Below, one piece after another: positions 21,578 through 34,237 of a stretch of DNA of 64,000 nucleotides (its first letter is position 1; each line of letters begins with the position of its first letter). Location: assembly GCA_000002445.1 (NCBI GenBank), contig CH464491.1:5120001-5184000 (forward strand), in the 5' to 3' direction. This stretch comes from Trypanosoma brucei. Taxonomy: Eukaryota. The position numbers were made by a program, and so were the translations under genes. A model generated the notes under the pieces. It had not been told where the DNA came from, ran no database searches, and worked only from the letters and a program-made list of their open reading frames with translations.

Positions 21578-24500
21578 TTTAATATACCATGCGATTTCGG
21601 CCATCTCAGTATTGTGCCATGGTCCAGTATGCCGTCTCATCGTGGGAAGCCAAGAGCCAGCAGCGTTCCTTTCATGGGGGACACTGCTGTGCTCCGGCAA
21701 CGGCATCATACAGCACAGGGATCAGCAGCGTCTTGCTGGGACACCGTTCTTCATTTGTCGGTCCCTGGGCACGTGCCAGCGTGCAATCAGCAGTATCATC
21801 CGCACTAAGATGCTGCTGTCCGGTGATGTGGAAGAGAATCCCGGCCCGTCGTTGCGCGGGATGCAGTGAAACTGCACCTGGCTATCTCAAGGAAAGAGAT
21901 TAGCACTCCACAAAACCCTTGTTGATGAGCGGATCGCCTTTTGTCTGTTGAGCGAGACAAGGATGACGCCTGGAGAGGCGGCTTGCTTTAGCGTTGCTGG
22001 CTACCAATATCACGGAATAGCTCGTAACTGCAAAGGAGGTGGTGTATCAATACTAGTGAGGGGGGACCTACCAGTCGAGACCGGTATGGCCGTTGTTGGT
22101 CGCATTGAACAAGTTCATGCAACAATTCACCCTGCACGTGGAACGGCGCTGACTTTCACGTCGGCATACATCCCACCAAAACATACCTTCACGGCAACTG
22201 ACCTAGATACGCTTCTGACAACTGACGGTGCCCAGCTCATCGGTGCAGACGCTAACGCACAGGCGTTGACATGGGATCGCGCGAGCGCAGTAAATACCAA
22301 GGGTGAAACCCTCACACAGTGATGCATTGACAACCAGCTTCTGGTCTGCAACACTGGTGAGTGCACCAGGTACGCGCGCCACCACGGGGAGTCCACCCCT
22401 GATGTGACGCTGTCAAGGAATTGCACAGTGTACACGTGGACATCGCTGTATTCTCCCGATAGCGATCACCATCACATATTTTTCGACGTTATCGTTGGAG
22501 ACGACACAGATGCACTGAGTTGCCCGCGGCTTCAAACACCCATGTACGCATGGCTAAAAGCTGACTGGAGGAATTTCCGTCTCAAGGTTGACGAGCTCTG
22601 CAGGAAAATTAATAGAGAGAAGAACGTCAACACCCTGGAACAGAAATTGAGCTCCGCCATCCGCATTGCGACGAAGGTCTCCGTCCCCCGTGGCTGCAGA
22701 GCAACGCCACCACATTGGACATCTGAGCTCGCGAAACTCGATGAATAGATCGCTGTATGCGGACCCTCCCACCGAAGGGAAAAGTTTATAGCCACGCATA
22801 AGCAGATCCTGGACCGTACCACAAAGAAGAAATGGAGCACGCTATGCTCCAGACTTGCGGTGTCAGACCGCTGCAGTTGGCACATTGTCAAGAAGGTATA
22901 TCCGCCACGACCACTAACCACACCGGCGGTACTTGTTGATAACGCGGCCATCACGGACTACCGTCAAGCTGAGAGGTTCATTAAACTGTACTCGTCCCGC
23001 GCAAGAAGGCACCCCGACTCACACCCACCGACACCCATAAAGACGACAGCGAGTGAGTTTAGTCCCACCACGATGGCTGAACTACGAAGATCGATCAAAC
23101 TGCTACCGAGTGGATCCGCAGCCGGACCTGATTGCTTATACAACGATTCACTACAACATCTCGGTAGAACAGCGCTGAATGTTGTTCCGAGGCTATTCAA
23201 TGAGAGCCTACGAAAGGGAGTCGTGCCGCCTGCATGGAAGACTGGTGTTATCATCCCCATCCTGAAGGCCGGAAAAAAGGCGGAGGACCTCGATTCTTAC
23301 AGGCTTGTGACGCTCACGAGCTGTCTCTGCAAAGTCATGGAGCGCATAATTGCCGCGAGACCTAGAGACACTGTTGAGTCCCAGCTGACGCCGCAGCAAT
23401 CAGGCTTTCGCCCCGGATGCTCAACGCTCGAACAACTCCTGCACGTCCGCGCTGCCCTCTGCCGTCCCACGCACCAACCTCGTACGGGTGCTGTATTCTT
23501 CGACTACGCGAAGGCATTCGATACAGTAGACCGCGACAAAATTGCGAGGGAAATGCACAGAATGAAGGTATCACCCCACATTGTGAAGTGGTGCGTATCA
23601 TTTCTGGGTAACCGAGCTGGCAGAGTGAGATTCAAGGAGAAGCTCTCCAGAAGCAGAACATTTGAGCGAGGAGTGCCACAAGGAACTGTCCTTGGCCCAA
23701 TCATGTTCATTATTGTCATGAACTCGTTGAGCCAACGCCTTGCAGAAGTGCCGTTACTGCAGCACGGATTCTTTGCAGACGACCTGACGCTACTTGCGAG
23801 GCACACAGAGAGGGATGTCATCAACCACACGCTGCAATGCGGCCTAAACGTGGTGTTACAGTGGTCAAAAGAGTACTTCATGTCTGTCAACGTAGCGAAA
23901 ACAAAGTGCACACTCTTCGGGTGTATAGAGCGCCACCTCCTTACATTACAACTGGACGGCGAAAGAATAGGAGCTGACAGGACACCGATGCTTCTAGGAG
24001 TAACATTCCAGTGTCTGCAGGGGATGGCAACACATGCGGCCGAAACGAGACGCAAGATGGACTTCCGACTACTGCAGATAGCAGCCATCTCAGCTTCTAC
24101 ATGGGGGCCAAGACGACAAGTACTGAGAGGTTTTTATCTAGCACTCGTACAGGCACACACCATGTATGGCATTGAGGTATGGTACTGGGACGCTTCGGAA
24201 CGAAGTCGGGACCTACTTGCAGCAGCGCAACACAAGGGTAGTCGCATCATAGCCGGTATACCGCATGGGACGCGCAAAGAGGACTCTCTGCTGGAAGCAA
24301 AACTCCTGCCACTCAAGACGACCACTCTTGTGCGCAGAATGAAGTTCATGCTGATGTGTGAGTCACGAGGCGGATGTTTGCGCCGCAGTGCTGAGGAAGT
24401 ATATCACAGCAAACACCTAGTCACAGCCCTATATTCCCGCATCATGCGGTCCTACCCCCACCTCCTCATTGAGCCACGGGAGCACCCACTAGAGACATCG

Positions 24501-26832
24501 ACGCTCCGCCACAGCTGCCGACCGATATTTCACACGCAGATAAAGCCTGTGTGCGCTGATGACCCTGACGATGTCAAAAGGGAGGCTTCCGAAAAGTGGA
24601 TTGAACGGCATTTTGCACGGAGGGGGAAGGAGCCACCGCGGCGAGAGCACTACGAATTGTGGACTGATGGATCCGTGTCCCTCGGTGAGAAGTCCGGAGC
24701 AACTGCCCTGCTCTATAGAAACAACACGCTGATTTGCGCACCCAAAACCGGAGCAGGGGAACTCTCATGCAGTTACAGAGCGGAATGCGTAGCATTAGAG
24801 ATAGGACTGCAACGGCTTCTGAAATGGCTTCCGGCATACAGAAGCACAACGAGCAGGTTGTCCATCTTCTCTGACTCGCTGTCAATGTTAACAGCACTGC
24901 AGACAGGCCCCCTAGCCGTAACGGACCCAATTCTAAGACGACTATGGAGGCTTCTGTTTCAAGTTCAGAGAAGGAAGATACGTATCCGACTGCAATTTGT
25001 GTTTGGCCATTGTGGCGTGAAACGGAATGAGGTTTGTGACGAAATGGCCAAAAAGGCCGCAGATTTACCACAGTTGCGAGACACATGGATCCCCAACATC
25101 ATTGCTTATGCGAAGCGAGTGCTTAGGTCGGAAGAAGTCTATGAGAACACTCATAGGTTTGGTATCACGGGCAACCACTTTCCAACAAAACCTAAGAAAG
25201 AAGAACTGACGAGGGAAGAAGAAACGGCACTGGCACGCTTTCGGGTTGGGTCTTCAAGACACTATGGATGGATGTTGCGAAAGATCAACCCGAGTGTGCC
25301 TCCACAGTGCCGATGGTGCAACCCGCAACATGCAGAGATAGGGCCAACAATACAAACGGCCCCACCTATTGCGACACGCACTCTTCAGAGAACCTCCTAA
25401 CCAACTAAATGTACGGAATGTGATTCCACATACCAATGCCGCTCGAGTGCTGTAACGCACATGGTAAACAAACATGGCTTTGTGCGAGCTGATGCCCTCC
25501 GGAGGATCAAATACGGCGATGCAACACCTGCAGTGGACATCCCCCCGGAGCCCCCTCCAGTGGTGGCGATCGTTCCTCTACCATCGAGCACACGAGTCCC
25601 GATGAGACCGCAGGTGCTTCATTGTACCATCTGTGCCTCCAAATTCGCAGTTCCAGGCCGACTATTACACCACCTTAGAACAATACATGGCATAGGTAGC
25701 GGTAGTTGCCGCGTGAAAAGGGGGCTGAGAGAACGAGGACTCAGTGCAAGGAGATGTTAGCGCCCCAGCAGCGCCAGCCCCTCAGGATACACGGAAGCTG
25801 CCGTTTCAACGTGACCTGTGCGAGGCGAGCTTCGGTACACGCCCTTCCCTGTCACTACACAAGAAATTCAAACATAAGAGCATAGTGACGGAGGACGGTA
25901 CCGTGGTGTTGGTGCAATTCCCTCGTAAGCGTGCCCGTGAGGGAAACGTTGACGTCCCGGGGAAAGGCGAGGTGCAGTGTGGTGTGTGCCAAAAAGTGCT
26001 CAGTTGCAGGGACTCCCTCATCCGACAATGTAAGGCATTTCACAAAGGTGAGGGAGTCGAGCTTAAATGCAGCAAAAGCACAAAATTGTGTGCCACTGAT
26101 TCCCCGCATACAAACGCATTCATGTTGGTGTGGCCGACATGCGGAAGGCAGTGTGCTAGCAAAAGTGGCCTCACCCTACATCAAAAGAAGATGCACGGTA
26201 TGAAGGTAGAGCGCACTGTTACCAGCCAACGCGGCGACTGCGAAGAAACGTCGCTGCACTTGATGAGCTGTCCCGGTTTGAAGGAGTTACGTGTCAGGTT
26301 TGCGGTAGAAGGTGTGTGTGTGTGCAGGATATATGCTTCTCCAAAAGGCTGGCGCAATTTATCATTGCGGTTGAACGGAGCCGGCCGCAGGTGAAGTCCT
26401 CACCTAAGGTATCAGTCATACAACCCACTCTCCCTTCTGCAACTTCCCCCCTTATTGCCGAGTGTGGAGCTAGCAGGAAAAGCACCGGACACAGAAATAG
26501 CCCAGACACCCTCAGAGACAGAGAGGGTATGCAGTTAACAAGCAACAAAAACAGAAAGAGGGAGAGAGAATAATAAACGAATAACAAAAATCAAAATAAA
26601 AGGATTGCTAATTGACATCTTTGGGAGAGTCCGGGGTGGGGGGCTTGTCGCCCCATCTGCTGTATTCCGTTCAACTGCGGAGCTACAACAAAAATTATAG
26701 AGAGTGTGTTAGGCTGAACAAAAAAGGGAGACTCTGCCACAGTCGCCAGACCGATAGCATCTCAGGGCTCTACGGTGATGGCTGATGGCCGCGCCAGTGG
26801 GAGGAAACTCTCACGAAGGCACGAAGAAAAAA
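21578..26832 (+). mobile_element. ingi: ingi non-LTR retrotransposon, full length (~5.25 kb), degenerate. Diverged 5' end; ORF broken into 21948-22322 (APE), 22404-22748, 22860-25400 (RT/RNase H), 25461-25760 and 25744-26394 (C2H2 fingers); 3' A-rich end
   Basis: 5' end homologous to RIME/ingi Pr77 (…ggtccagtatgccgtctcatcgtgggaagccaagagccagcag); 2A peptide LLSGDVEENPGP at 21813-21848; RT motif FADD; near-identical to ingi-2 over most of its length. Confidence 0.9.
22860..25400 (+). CDS. ingi-1 reverse transcriptase / RNase H region (846-aa ORF; element ORF otherwise broken)
   Basis: LTSCLCKVMERI, GFRPGCST, FFADDLTLL RT motifs; ELWTDGS RNase H-like region. Confidence 0.85.
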   Translation: MSDRCSWHIVKKVYPPRPLTTPAVLVDNAAITDYRQAERFIKLYSSRARRHPDSHPPTPIKTTASEFSPTTMAELRRSIKLLPSGSAAGPDCLYNDSLQHLGRTALNVVPRLFNESLRKGVVPPAWKTGVIIPILKAGKKAEDLDSYRLVTLTSCLCKVMERIIAARPRDTVESQLTPQQSGFRPGCSTLEQLLHVRAALCRPTHQPRTGAVFFDYAKAFDTVDRDKIAREMHRMKVSPHIVKWCVSFLGNRAGRVRFKEKLSRSRTFERGVPQGTVLGPIMFIIVMNSLSQRLAEVPLLQHGFFADDLTLLARHTERDVINHTLQCGLNVVLQWSKEYFMSVNVAKTKCTLFGCIERHLLTLQLDGERIGADRTPMLLGVTFQCLQGMATHAAETRRKMDFRLLQIAAISASTWGPRRQVLRGFYLALVQAHTMYGIEVWYWDASERSRDLLAAAQHKGSRIIAGIPHGTRKEDSLLEAKLLPLKTTTLVRRMKFMLMCESRGGCLRRSAEEVYHSKHLVTALYSRIMRSYPHLLIEPREHPLETSTLRHSCRPIFHTQIKPVCADDPDDVKREASEKWIERHFARRGKEPPRREHYELWTDGSVSLGEKSGATALLYRNNTLICAPKTGAGELSCSYRAECVALEIGLQRLLKWLPAYRSTTSRLSIFSDSLSMLTALQTGPLAVTDPILRRLWRLLFQVQRRKIRIRLQFVFGHCGVKRNEVCDEMAKKAADLPQLRDTWIPNIIAYAKRVLRSEEVYENTHRFGITGNHFPTKPKKEELTREEETALARFRVGSSRHYGWMLRKINPSVPPQCRWCNPQHAEIGPTIQTAPPIATRTLQRTS

Positions 26833-27419
26833 CGTAAAAAATGTTATGTAAGTATCTTTTCAGTAAGGGCGATGCTATTTCATGCTTTTTTTGTGATAGT
26901 GCTTAAAGGATAAAATTCGCTTTTATATATCCGTATTTTAGCTGCAGCAGCCCGTCCACTTGCTTTTTTGTAGGTCTGGTATCACGGGAGCTACTAATAA
27001 AGTCTTGTATACAGTTTTGTGCGACGTGTTGTCGCGATGATTCTTAGCAGTTCCAATGCTACAACCTTAACGGTCAGTTCTATTATCATGTCTTTATGCG
27101 CAAGTACCGGCTACAGGCGTTACGTTGCGTTGTTGTTACCAAGAGTTGCGCAAATATACTTTGGTTCTCCGTTACTTCTGGTGCTGATTTCCGCCTTTCT
27201 ACGGACTCATGTGCAACAGCTTCTACTTTCCTTGGAACCAAATTAGTCTTAAATGTTTCTGTTTGTGTTGCTTACCCTTTAAGCGACATATGGCTCCTAT
27301 ATAACGAGTTTGATAGAGATATAATTAATATATTTTCTTTCTTACGTCTATTGTACCATGGGTGCTTCCCAATTGTTTCTTTTGTCTTCACTATACCTGC
27401 CATTTCTGGCTTACAATAA

Positions 27420-27480
27420 CTGTTCTTACAATAATCATGCACACTTACAACAATCTTCTATAAGTATCATTATTTTTTTA
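27420..27480 (-). repeat. Degenerate 70-bp-repeat-like sequence
   Basis: cttacaataatcatgcacacttacaacaatcttctataagtatcattattttttta; weak match to the core. Confidence 0.3.
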
Positions 27481-27779
27481 TAACCATAAATTACACCAAT
27501 TTTTATAAAATAAATCAAATACATTTAATTATAATATTTAATAATACCATTTATTTTCCATACAATATCACAATTTTACTCTACACACAGAGGTAACAAC
27601 CACGTACATTTTGCGAATTTTTACATTTATACAACAAATTGTTAAAATATGTCAAGAGCTAACATTTTAAACAATCTCTTTCAAAATAAAAAAGAATTCA
27701 TAAATTTCTTAAAATTGAGCAAAAAGTTTTTACCAATAATTATTAAAATTTTTATGCTATAAGCAAAAATGCAAGCAAA

Positions 27780-27945
27780 ATTGGGTTTCTATCACAAAAG
27801 AATTTATCCCTCTGGCGTTTGTTTTCCCTCTTGATTCGGTCCATCTACCTGTTTTAGTGTGTAATTCGGATCTTTTACGCACTTTTTATTTTCGCCTGTT
27901 TCCTCCACTTTGCAGCCACCTTTGCAGTCATCTCCTGTTCCTTTT
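27780..27945 (-). pseudogene. VSG: VSG C-terminal fragment (…GDDCKGGCKVEETGENKKCVKDPNYT…)
   Basis: Minus-strand translation resembles the C-domain of 5809-6147; position analogous to the fragments at 11990 and 35926. Confidence 0.5.
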
Positions 27946-28076
27946 TTTGAAAGTTTCGTCTTTTTCTATTATTTTTTGCGGTTGTGCGTTGCCTCTTTGT
28001 TGCCGCTTCGTTGCACGTGCGTGGTAACGAAAAACCTGAGGTGCCCGAAAAAAGCTTAGCTCCCGCGTAAAAAAAA

Positions 28077-28268
28077 GACGCTGCATCGCTAATAATTTAA
28101 AAAATTGTGAATTATAAAAGAATAAAAAAAGAAGTAAATTAAAAAACAATCCCCAAAATTAAAAACCCTAACTCTAACCCTAACCGAGTAACCCTAACCC
28201 TAACCCTAACCCTAACCCTAACCCTAACCCTAACCCTAACTAGCCTAACTAACCTAACTAACCTAACG
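28077..28268 (-). repeat. Interstitial telomere-like module C: GACGCTGCATCGCTAATAA motif plus (CCCTAA)~9 perfect repeats (28190-28238) and CTAACTAACCTAA variants
   Basis: aaccctaactctaaccctaaccgagtaaccctaaccctaaccctaaccctaaccctaaccctaaccctaaccctaactagcctaactaacctaactaacctaac. Confidence 0.9.
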
Positions 28269-28414
28269 ACCCCACCCCCTCGCCATTTGCAAAAAGAAAA
28301 ACTCAAAAAAAAACGGGAAAAAGAAGGAAAAAAAATTTTACTTGCCAGAAAATATTTCTAGACAATCAGACAGTCAACTTATAAACACAGTTCAAACTTT
28401 CGGGAAACTTTGGG

Positions 28415-28430
28415 GTGTTAAAATATATCA
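28415..28430 (-). promoter_or_regulatory. VSG 3'UTR 16-mer, with poly-C13 tract (plus-strand poly-G at 28476-28488) in the 3'UTR
   Basis: ggtgttaaaatatatcagaagttttcaaatagtaaaa; ttgaggggggggggggggaag. Confidence 0.85.
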
Positions 28431-28489
28431 GAAGTTTTCAAATAGTAAAATTTTAGCAAAGGAAAAAAGTTGAGGGGGGGGGGGGGAAG

Positions 28490-30010
28490 TTAAAAAAGCA
28501 AAAATGCAAGCAAAAGAGGGACCTTAATTACAGCTGAAATAAAAACCGTTCCCTCTTTGACTTTGCACTCATTCTTTTCCTTGTTCCAAGTGCATTTTGT
28601 CGTGTCACAATTAGTTTCGGACGAGGCTTTGCAATCAGCTGCGCTTGCTTTATTATCCCCGTCTTTCTTTTCTCCTGTTGCTGCTTCCGGTGTTTCCGTT
28701 CCTGGTTTGGATTTGCACTCCCCCTTTCCACCTTTTTCTTCCCATTTGCAGTTAGCTTTGGTGCAAGTCTGGTTTGTTGTGTTAGTGTTACATTCCACTT
28801 CTGATTTTGCTTTGTCTTTGGCTTGACTGTGTGACGGTTGGTTCGCTAGTTGGTGGATTTGCCTCGCTGCATAAGTGGCTTCGGCGGCTGTTCTTAAGGT
28901 CTTAAGGGCCGCTGCTGCCGTCCGTAGTTTTTCTTTTTTTTCTTTTCTTTCATTTAGCAGTCGCGCAGCTATTTCGAGCTGCTGCATCCACTTTATTCTT
29001 GTTGTTTTGGGCGTCAAGTCCATGTTATAGTAGCTTTCGTAGTCTACACAAATGTGGTCATCGTCTCCGCTGCAGTGGTTGGCGGTTGACTTCCCTAGTA
29101 TCTGATTTTTTGCTGTGTCGCCGTGGTACCTGCCTATCATTTGCTCCAGGTTCGCTATTGCCGATGCTATGTTCGCTGCCGTGGCTTCCGGCTGCGATAC
29201 CTCCGCGCAATTGTCGAGCAGTTTCTTCGCGGTTTGTTCTACGTTTGTTGCGCCGCTGGTCCAGCCTGTCGTTAGCTGAGTATGTGTGCAGCCTTTGCTT
29301 TCTGCTGCTGTTTTCCCAGCGCAAAGGCAAAGGACGTCATAGGCTAGGTTGTCGCCGACGTTGGTTCCTTTGCAGTCGTCCTGCCCGCATTCCGCTTCAT
29401 TCGGTGGCTTTAGCGCCGGAAGGCCCTCGCCGTCTTTTTGTTTGTCACCATACAGAGCTGCGCGCAGTGCTGTTTTTATCGCCTTTAGTTCTCGACCGTT
29501 GGCAGCGGTGATGCCCTCCGTGTAGGTGCGCGCGAGAGCGGCTGCCTCTTCGGCGTAGACAGCTAGTTGCTTCGCCGTTTTGGCTTGCGCCGGGCCCTGT
29601 TTAGGTGGTGGGTTTTGTTCTAGCCATTTTTTGTTAGCAGCGTTCGGATATGTTGCCTTTTCTGTTTTGAGCCAGTTTGGCCATTTTTGGCCCCAGTATG
29701 ATTCAAATTCTTGGTTTGTGAAATTCCCTTTTGAGGCTTGCCAGTCGTGGCTTGCGCCACCGCCGCCGAATTTGGTGCGCCATTCAGCGCTGGCTGCTGT
29801 CATGTTAAGTTTGTCGATCTCGAATGCGTCACTGGCAACACTGTCGTCGGATTTTAGCGGTTCTGGATCTGACTGCGCTAGTCTTATTAGCTTACAAAGC
29901 GTCCTGTATTCGGCTGCTGATTTTCCAGCACTTGTTGCCGCTTCTGCTCCTGGCATCAAAAGTTTTATAACATACAAAAAAGTTAAGAAATACCTTGTGT
30001 AACTTCGCAT
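28490..30010 (-). CDS. VSG: VSG, intact (506 aa; signal peptide MRSYTRYFLTFLYVIKLLMPGAEA; GPI signal TVFISAVIKVPLLLAFLLF)
   Basis: Uninterrupted ORF; C-domain CTKANCKWEEKGGKGECKSKPG; canonical 3'UTR. Confidence 0.9.
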   Translation of the reverse strand: MRSYTRYFLTFLYVIKLLMPGAEAATSAGKSAAEYRTLCKLIRLAQSDPEPLKSDDSVASDAFEIDKLNMTAASAEWRTKFGGGGASHDWQASKGNFTNQEFESYWGQKWPNWLKTEKATYPNAANKKWLEQNPPPKQGPAQAKTAKQLAVYAEEAAALARTYTEGITAANGRELKAIKTALRAALYGDKQKDGEGLPALKPPNEAECGQDDCKGTNVGDNLAYDVLCLCAGKTAAESKGCTHTQLTTGWTSGATNVEQTAKKLLDNCAEVSQPEATAANIASAIANLEQMIGRYHGDTAKNQILGKSTANHCSGDDDHICVDYESYYNMDLTPKTTRIKWMQQLEIAARLLNERKEKKEKLRTAAAALKTLRTAAEATYAARQIHQLANQPSHSQAKDKAKSEVECNTNTTNQTCTKANCKWEEKGGKGECKSKPGTETPEAATGEKKDGDNKASAADCKASSETNCDTTKCTWNKEKNECKVKEGTVFISAVIKVPLLLAFLLF

Positions 30011-30221
30011 AGTCTTGCTTCTATAATTGAAAAGGGGAAATAAATTGGTGTTTTCTCCTGATTTTGTTTCCTGCTGCCCCTATTTTGCCGAAAAGGAATG
30101 TTAAGTTTACTTCTGTCGTTTTGGTCTTGGTTTTTAAATCAGAGTTTTGGGGACAGCAAAGGCAAAATAGAACGTTTGGCATGGCCGCTCGCTTCAAGCG
30201 TCTGTGCTTTTACTTTCTATT

Positions 30222-31334
30222 TTACTGCAATTTGTGGCAGCTAAACTCTGACCATGTGCTGTCGAGTCGCTCGAGTTTGAACAGTACTGTGCTGTCCTTA
30301 TTTTTTTCTTTTAGTTGGCTTCTCAACTGAATGTATTCATCTATTTTTACGTGGTGGAAAACAATAAGGTTGGGATTTTCTTCTACAAATTTGTCGAGTG
30401 GCCTTTTCACATTCATTACATAATGACAATCTTGCATATCGACTGTCAGTAAACCATCAAGTTTCAATTTGGTCCTTATAACTTCGCCAATCATAATATC
30501 CTCATTAAGTGCTCTGAAATCCATATATGATTCAAAATGTCTGAATTTAAGTGGTGACTTTACTGAGTGTTTCAAAGGTTCATAATCAACAATTGCCATA
30601 ACTACATCCCTAGATAAAGTGGACGCATAACCTATCGTGTGCCATGTAATTTCATCACTAAATTCTTTAGGATATCCAACAGCTCTCCCCATATTCAATT
30701 TTTCTCTTGGAAGCAGCTCTAGATATTTTAGATACAGTGGCACTCTCATAAAAATATCATCATCTGCTTTCATTATATAAGGATTAGTTGTTTTGAATAT
30801 TTCAACTTCAAATTTGAATTACAAATATGTATTTCTACTCCTAGTGAGTTCTGCCTCCCAGCCCCAATTACCCGCATCTCCAACTTCTTTATCTGTTGTA
30901 GGGTTCACATCGCACACGGGTAAAATAATAACATCCTGATATAAATACCCTTCTTCTCCAAGAACTTCTCTTAGCTCACAACTGTTATTTGTGTGAGCTG
31001 AAAGTGCATATACTATAAGCAACTTCCCAGTAAAATTATTTGACTTTCTTGCCACTTCAGAATAACTCCAACACGTTTCCCCCTGTAGATTCCTTCTTCT
31101 GAACCTCTCAGCATTATCTATTGAAGGTATTCCAGCTACAACCAAATAATCTTCAGTTCTCCAATTTTGCCTTACATCAGTGGTAACAAATCTCATATAC
31201 TCATCCTCGACAATGTCAAGTGAAATAGTATCTCCTTCACTAAACAAGCTGTATAGCGAAACGAGTAGATTAATCTCCATAACAATGAAAGATAAGCAAC
31301 CTACAGCCGCATAAATACATCTTATACACTTCAT
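30222..31334 (-). pseudogene. Second GT67-family beta-1,3-glycosyltransferase-like pseudogene; same in-frame TAA (30816-30818) as copy 1
   Basis: ORFs 30819-31334 and 30222-30773 are in the same frame, separated by TAA; ~440 bp (about 30590-31030) nearly identical to 15890-16330 while flanks are ~80% identical. Confidence 0.6.
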
Positions 31335-32214
31335 AAGATACTATTAACATACTAATGAAAATGTTAAATATCTTATAAAATCGTAGAGTTTATTAAAAGA
31401 GAAGCCAGTTGTGCCACTAAGGTGTTTATTTGAGAAATTGTGTTTACATTTATATATAATGCTTCAATACTGTTATGATATAGCTGTTGAATAGTGTATG
31501 TTCAGAGTGTATATCTTATATGTTAGCACAAACGCATAGTTTGCCGTTATAGATGGTATTTTCCTCTAATAAACCGGTGACTCACGCTTCTTAATTCTGC
31601 TACTTAAGTGAATACACATTTTCTCTTGTACACTATTGTGGAAGTTACAGCTGCCATTAGCACAGATTCTTTTAGATATACTATTTATTTTACTACGTAT
31701 TTGTGATACCCACCCCGGCCATCAGTTCTTATTATGAAAAACCCGTGAATATTGCTTCATGAAATACATGGTACTGTTTTTTCTAAAAGTTTCTGTGCAG
31801 TACCGTCTGGTCAGTTGCGTGTTAAATGTAGAGCAGCATCTCTGCCTGTACCATTTCGCTCTGTGTTTTATGAACGGTATGGAGCCTGTTGACTCCGTAT
31901 TTTTTTGCTTTGTTTGTTGCCATTGTTTCTGCTTTTTCGAATAACGTTAGGAGGCCCATTGGATTACACACCGGACACTGTTTGCCCTCATTATATCCAC
32001 ATCATTCTTTTTTACAAGATGATTCTGTCTCTTCTCAGCTCCTCTTTTGAGAGTACTTATAATCTTGGCCCCTGTTTTGCTTTCGTTTAATAATAATATG
32101 CCTGTTCCACCAGCGTTAGCCTGTCATATTGCCTTAATGCCACATAAGACTTTTCATTTTTCAAGTACTTTTCTTTTAGTCGTGGATCTATTCACACCAC
32201 CACGTTTATTTATA

Positions 32215-32405
32215 TGCCGGAAAATAAACACTCACAACATTCTTCTGTAATTATCATTATTATTATTATTATTACAATTATTATTATTACTGCTCTTATT
32301 ATAATATTCGTATAAACACACTCACAACACACTCTCATCATTATTATTATCATTACAATTATTATTATTATTACTGCTCTTATTATAATATTACTGTCAT
32401 AACCC
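32215..32405 (-). repeat. 70-bp repeats (about 2-3 units)
   Basis: ctcttattataatattcgtataaacacactcacaacacactctc … repeated with (att)n tracts. Confidence 0.85.
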
Positions 32406-32639
32406 TTATATTCACAAAGTAAACAAAATCAACAAAATTGTAGAGTAGCATTTTTTTAAATACCATGTCACACTATCACTTTTCACTTATAGGTCACTAT
32501 CACACTCAGTTTTATAAAAATTTTAGACTTTCAAGTGTTTCAAATTTTCATAAAAAAAGTGTTAAAGTATAACAAATGGTTGAAAATATATTAGAAAGCT
32601 TTATAAATTTAGCAAAATTGAATACGAATCTTTAAAATG

Positions 32640-34237
32640 CTTGAATGATACCAAACTCATAAAAGAAGCAGAAATCAGTGAAATTTTTTTATTGACAAGA
32701 AAACTGGAATTCATACATTTGCCTTCGATCCATCCACAAGCAGCTTTTTCATTTTTCGGAATTTCACCTTTCACTGCAGCACATTCTTCAGGGGTTTTGC
32801 TTGGCCAAACTTATCTGTTTTTTGTTTCTCCATTTCCTTCAGCTGTTTCTGCCTGTGTTGTTTGTTGTGCTACGTGTGTGCCGTATTCAATTTGCAGTAT
32901 TCTCCATTCTCGTCATTTTTACCTTTCCATTCGCAGATTGGTTTCTTTCCTTTGCACTCAGTTGCCACTTTTATCGCTTAGCACTGTTCTTTTTGCTTTT
33001 GCTCTTGTGCTTTACTTCCTGTTGGTGATGGGTTTGGTGTTGTCGCCGGTGCTAGTGTTGTCTCATCCTCGTCGAATAGTAGGTTGGTGGAATCATTGAG
33101 TAGCTGTAAACTGCGTGTAATGGCTGTCATTTCCTTATTGGCGTCTGCCGCTGCTTCTTTGGCTAACGCCGCGTCGCGTAGATTTCTAAGCCACTCTATT
33201 TCTTTGGCTGGGCCGGTCACATCTGACTCTTTGTACTTCACGCACCTGCCGCCATTGCTATCTTTATTTCCTTTGCAGCCTTCGCTTCCGTCGCCTCTTA
33301 TTGAGCCCAGTACATATTTATGAGTTTTCGCCGTTGCCGGCGTTTGTCGCCCGAGCAGTTCTGCCAGTCTGAGTCTGATCGCTTCTACGGCTGCCAGAGT
33401 TAATTTTACCTGCGTTTTCCTCTTCTGACAAGCGGTCTTCAAAGGTGTCCAGTTTGCTTGTGTCTTTGAGTTTCCTCCACAGTTATCGTTGCTGCCGCTC
33501 CCGGTAGCTGCTGTGTCTGTCCCGCACACCTTGGCGCCATTGGTCGCGTCACCATTGTCATATGCACAAAGGCAAAGAAGGTCTAGTTTGAGTGAGCTCC
33601 CTGCTTTGAGGTGAGTAGGCGTTGTTGTCCCCTAGCAAATGACTGCGCGGTTGCCTGGCCCATAGTTTGTTGTTGCTTCTGTGTTGCCCGCTCCGAAGCC
33701 GGCGTTATTTAAAAGTGTCAGAATGTTTGTTTCCTGGGCGATTTTTAGTGTTGTCTGGGCCGCTTTGTAAAATTCAAAGGCCCTTTCGGTGTTCAAACGT
33801 AATTTCGCGAGCTGGCCCTTGCTAAGCTTTTTCGTCGACCACTTTGCGTAGTCGGCTTTGTTGGGGTCTGTTTCGATTGCATTCTTATATTTTTTCCAGA
33901 AGGTATAGTATTTTTCCCACCGTCCATTTTCGGTTCCTGTTTTGGGTACGGCAGGTTTGTCTTGCAGTTCACTTAAATCCTTTGTGTGGTCGATGTCGGC
34001 TTTAAAAGTGCTGGCTGCAATTGACATGTTTATGGAACCTATGTTAATTGCTACTGCACTAGCGCTGTCTGTTGCCGGTGCTAGGTCGGGTGCTGCTGTT
34101 GCTGTGTGAAATGCGTCGCATAGCAGAGCGAACTCTTGAGCGTTTTCGTCGGCTTGCGAATTTGCCGCTGTCTGGTGCGGTGTCTGGAAAGTCGTCGGTA
34201 GTAACACAAATACCGCTACTTTTAGCATAGAATACAT
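32640..34237 (-). pseudogene. VSG: VSG pseudogene (N-domain ORF 33632-34333 with signal peptide MYSMLKVAVFVLL; C-domain ORF 32978-33529; degenerate GPI tail CMNSSFLVNKKISLISASFMSLVSFK in another frame)
   Basis: Two VSG-like ORFs in different frames; C-domain CKGNKDSNGGRCVKYKESD. Confidence 0.75.

Noticed and set aside
21813-21848. Viral-type 2A self-cleaving peptide DVEENPGP (also 42000-42035), which could suggest a viral insertion
   Set aside because: This 2A-like sequence is a known intrinsic N-terminal feature of trypanosomatid ingi/L1Tc retrotransposon ORFs. It sits in frame with the APE domain here.
28165-28268. Perfect (CCCTAA)~9 tract, which could indicate that a chromosome end lies inside the window
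   Set aside because: The tract is about 100 bp, flanked on both sides by unique subtelomeric sequence, and oriented so that TTAGGG follows the VSG on the same strand yet the sequence continues. It is interstitial, not a terminus.
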